Source of the DNA: Candidatus Deferrimicrobiaceae bacterium | GTDB lineage: Bacteria > Desulfobacterota > Deferrimicrobia > Deferrimicrobiales > Deferrimicrobiaceae | Direction: 5' to 3' | Length of the DNA: 64,000 bases | NCBI GenBank assembly: GCA_036504035.1 | Contig: DASXVV010000009.1 | Location: 577,751-641,750 of the forward strand | Shown here: in pieces, positions 61,942-64,000 of the stretch | Numbering within the stretch: position 1 is the first letter of the stretch | How the letters are laid out: each line of letters starts with the position of its first letter | Notes under the pieces: model-generated | Databases searched by the model: none | What the model was told of the DNA's origin: nothing | Seen by the model: only the letters and a program-made list of their open reading frames with translations | Position numbers and translations under genes: made by a program

Positions 61942-62376
61942 ATGTTGAAGAAGTCGAAGAAGCTTATTTCCGTATGCGGCATCGCCGCCCTTCTCGTGAC
62001 GGGTGTCATTTCAGCCGGTTTTGCCGATTCCGAGAAGGATGACCTCTACGGTCGCAAAGAAAGAAAGGAACATACGTACCGTCCGACCACGAAGCCGCCG
62101 GTCCCGGCGCCTGCTCCGAAGCCGACCCCCGCACCGGTCCCGGCGCCTGCTCCGAAGCCGACCCCTGCTCCCACACCGACGCCGGCCCCGGTTCCTGCTC
62201 CGGCGCCTGCCCCGGGCGCCGCGCTGTACACTCAGTACTGCGCCGGTTGCCACGGGACCAGCAAGCGCAGCAGCTCCGTAGCGCTGATCCAGGCCGGAAT
62301 CGCCGGCAACATCGGCGGAATGGGCTACCTCAGCCTCCTGACCCCCGCGCAGATCCTCGCCATTTCCCTGTACTGA
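61942..62376 (+). CDS. Small monoheme c-type cytochrome with signal peptide and a Pro/Ala-rich repeat linker
   Basis: GGAGGA ribosome-binding site; MLKKSKKLISVCGIAALLVTGVISAGFA; (PVPAPAPKPTPA)x2 linker; CAGCH heme motif with a downstream Met. Confidence 0.7.
   Translation: MLKKSKKLISVCGIAALLVTGVISAGFADSEKDDLYGRKERKEHTYRPTTKPPVPAPAPKPTPAPVPAPAPKPTPAPTPTPAPVPAPAPAPGAALYTQYCAGCHGTSKRSSSVALIQAGIAGNIGGMGYLSLLTPAQILAISLY
62098..62169 (+). repeat. 36-bp near-perfect tandem direct repeat (2 copies) inside the cytochrome c gene, encoding PVPAPAPKPTPA twice
   Basis: ccggtcccggcgcctgctccgaagccgaccccYgc occurs at 62098 and again at 62134. Confidence 0.7.
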
Positions 62377-62398
62377 TCGCGCGAATACCGCAACCAGA

Positions 62399-62433
62399 AG
62401 GCCCTCCCCCCGACCGGGGGAGGGCTTTTTTTA
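62399..62433 (+). terminator. Rho-independent terminator after the cytochrome c gene
   Basis: The stem GGCCCTCCCCCC-gacc-GGGGGAGGGC is followed by TTTTTTT. Confidence 0.7.
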
Positions 62434-62517
62434 CGCCCGCTCTTCACCGACCCCGGAACCGTTGTTGAAACGAGGTCCGGATATAATGAATCCATCAAAC
62501 TTCAGGAGGGATGGCAC

Positions 62518-64000
62518 ATGTGCAAAACGGTGATCGGGAAAAAGTCACGCGTGCTGGCCGTCATTTTCGCAATCATCCTCCTGACGGTCGGACCGGGCCA
62601 CGGCATCGCCGCCCCGGCGGATGTCGAAAAGGTATCGCTGACCCGGGGGGCCGCCATAGAGATGGCCCTCCGCAAGAACATCGATCTGAAGGTCGAGACG
62701 CTCGGGTCGTCCATGGCGGGGACGGACGTTGCGCGGAGCCGCAGCATCTATGACCCCATCTTCAGCGTCTCGGCCGGGGGCGGCGTGTCGGCGGTTACGG
62801 GAGAGCCGTTCTTCCTGACCAGGAGTTCGACTTCCTCCATCGGTTTGACCCAGAACCTTTCCACGGGGGGCAGCATCGGCGTTTCGACCCAGGCCGGCTT
62901 TACGACCGCCAATGCCGGATCCACCGGGCCATCCACGACCGATTGGCAGTCCTCGGCGGGGCTCACCCTCACTCAGCCGATCCTGAAAAATGCGGGCAGG
63001 AAAACGACGGAGCTCAGTATCACCCTGGCCTCCAACACGCTCAGGGATTCCCATGAACGATTGCGTTTTATCGTGACCGACACCGCTCTCGCCGTCATCA
63101 CCTCATACAATCACCTGTACGCCTTGCGGGAGACGCTCGAGTCCAGAAGGGCCGCCTTGAACTCGGCACAGGCTTTTCTGAACGAATTGAACAAGAAAAC
63201 GGGCCCGCTCCAGCGGATGGATATCGCCAACGCGGAATTCTCCACCGCCCAGCGGCGGAAGGACCTCGTAGATGCGGAGCGAAACGTCAGGGACCAGGAG
63301 GCAGGCCTCCGGTACCTGATCGGCATGGAGTCGAAGGCGCAACTCATCCCCGTCGATCCTCCCTCCCGGAATGAGCCCCAGGAAACGGAAGAGCAGGCGG
63401 TCAAGGCGGCGCTGGCGTTTCGGACCGACCTGAAGCAGCTCAGGCTGGCGTTGACGACGAGCGAGCTTCAAGAGCAGGTTGCGAGGCACCAGACGTTGCC
63501 GGAACTCACCTTGACGGGAAGCGGAGGGATCAGCGGAACGGGCCCCAACCTCGACAACAGCTTCCGGCAGCTGGGAAACCATCCGGCGCATTTCTGGTCG
63601 GCGGGCATGCAATTTTCCGTTCCGCTGGGCAACACCGCCGCGAAGAACGATTTTCGCAAAAGCAAAATCAGGACAAGGCAGGTGCAGACCCAGATCGAGG
63701 CTCTTGCGTGGAAGATCCAGAACGAGGTCGAGGCGGACATGCGCGCCCTGATTTCCGCGCGGCTTCAGCTGCAGATGACCGACCGGTCGCGGGAATTCGC
63801 CGAGTTGCGCCTGGATGAGTACCGCAAGAACAACCGGCTCGGAACAGCCACGGTTCAAGACGTGATCAACGCGGAAAACGACCAGACCACAGCCCGCAAT
63901 GCACAGATGGACGCGACGGAGGCATTTTCCAACGCCGTGGCGAAGCTCTGGAGAGACACGGGGGTGCTCCTCGAACGCCTGGACGTGCCCGTCGCAATCA
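62518..64000 (+). CDS. TolC-family outer-membrane efflux protein, 3'-partial (runs off the window end)
   Basis: AGGAGGG ribosome-binding site and signal peptide MCKTVIGKKSRVLAVIFAIILLTVGPGHGIAAPA; outer-membrane-efflux-repeat features (LTRGAAIEMALRKNIDLK..., second repeat ...TLPELTLTGSGG...). It is absent from the ORF track because no stop codon falls within the window. Confidence 0.8.
   Translation, partial: MCKTVIGKKSRVLAVIFAIILLTVGPGHGIAAPADVEKVSLTRGAAIEMALRKNIDLKVETLGSSMAGTDVARSRSIYDPIFSVSAGGGVSAVTGEPFFLTRSSTSSIGLTQNLSTGGSIGVSTQAGFTTANAGSTGPSTTDWQSSAGLTLTQPILKNAGRKTTELSITLASNTLRDSHERLRFIVTDTALAVITSYNHLYALRETLESRRAALNSAQAFLNELNKKTGPLQRMDIANAEFSTAQRRKDLVDAERNVRDQEAGLRYLIGMESKAQLIPVDPPSRNEPQETEEQAVKAALAFRTDLKQLRLALTTSELQEQVARHQTLPELTLTGSGGISGTGPNLDNSFRQLGNHPAHFWSAGMQFSVPLGNTAAKNDFRKSKIRTRQVQTQIEALAWKIQNEVEADMRALISARLQLQMTDRSREFAELRLDEYRKNNRLGTATVQDVINAENDQTTARNAQMDATEAFSNAVAKLWRDTGVLLERLDVPVAI

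Overview
This is a high-GC (about 68-70%) bacterial chromosomal segment whose gene content fits a deltaproteobacterial or other anaerobic lineage, with sigma-54 regulators, multiheme cytochromes and tetratricopeptide-repeat (TPR) membrane proteins. Most of the window is dense with genes. It holds a sigma-54-dependent two-component system next to a sigma-54 promoter driving an operon of Gly/Met-rich exported proteins; a coupled cluster of a cation-diffusion-facilitator transporter, agmatine deiminase and N-carbamoylputrescine amidase; gdhA and epmA; three complete tripartite efflux systems (EmrAB-TolC-like, and two resistance-nodulation-division (RND) systems) plus a fourth TolC-like gene cut off at the window end; a VapBC toxin-antitoxin pair; a YgiQ radical SAM protein; a MalT-like LuxR regulator; malic enzyme; an octaheme c-type cytochrome carrying a CxxCK motif; glgX; ampG; and a hybrid sensor kinase. 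From about 46.4 kb onward the content becomes accessory-like. It contains a small Cys-containing ORF followed by a B12-binding radical SAM protein with a DUF4070 domain, repeat-rich lipoproteins, and an operon encoding a secreted 752-aa ankyrin-repeat protein with two secreted partners. It also contains two degraded genes (a multiply frameshifted TPR membrane-protein remnant and a truncated alpha/beta hydrolase), AT-richer patches, and a tRNA-Pro(TGG) at 61010-61086. A small Pro-rich cytochrome c sits next to the tRNA. I found no CRISPR array, integrase or transposase. Many long ORFs in the six-frame track are antisense or alternate-frame artefacts of the high GC content and were excluded.
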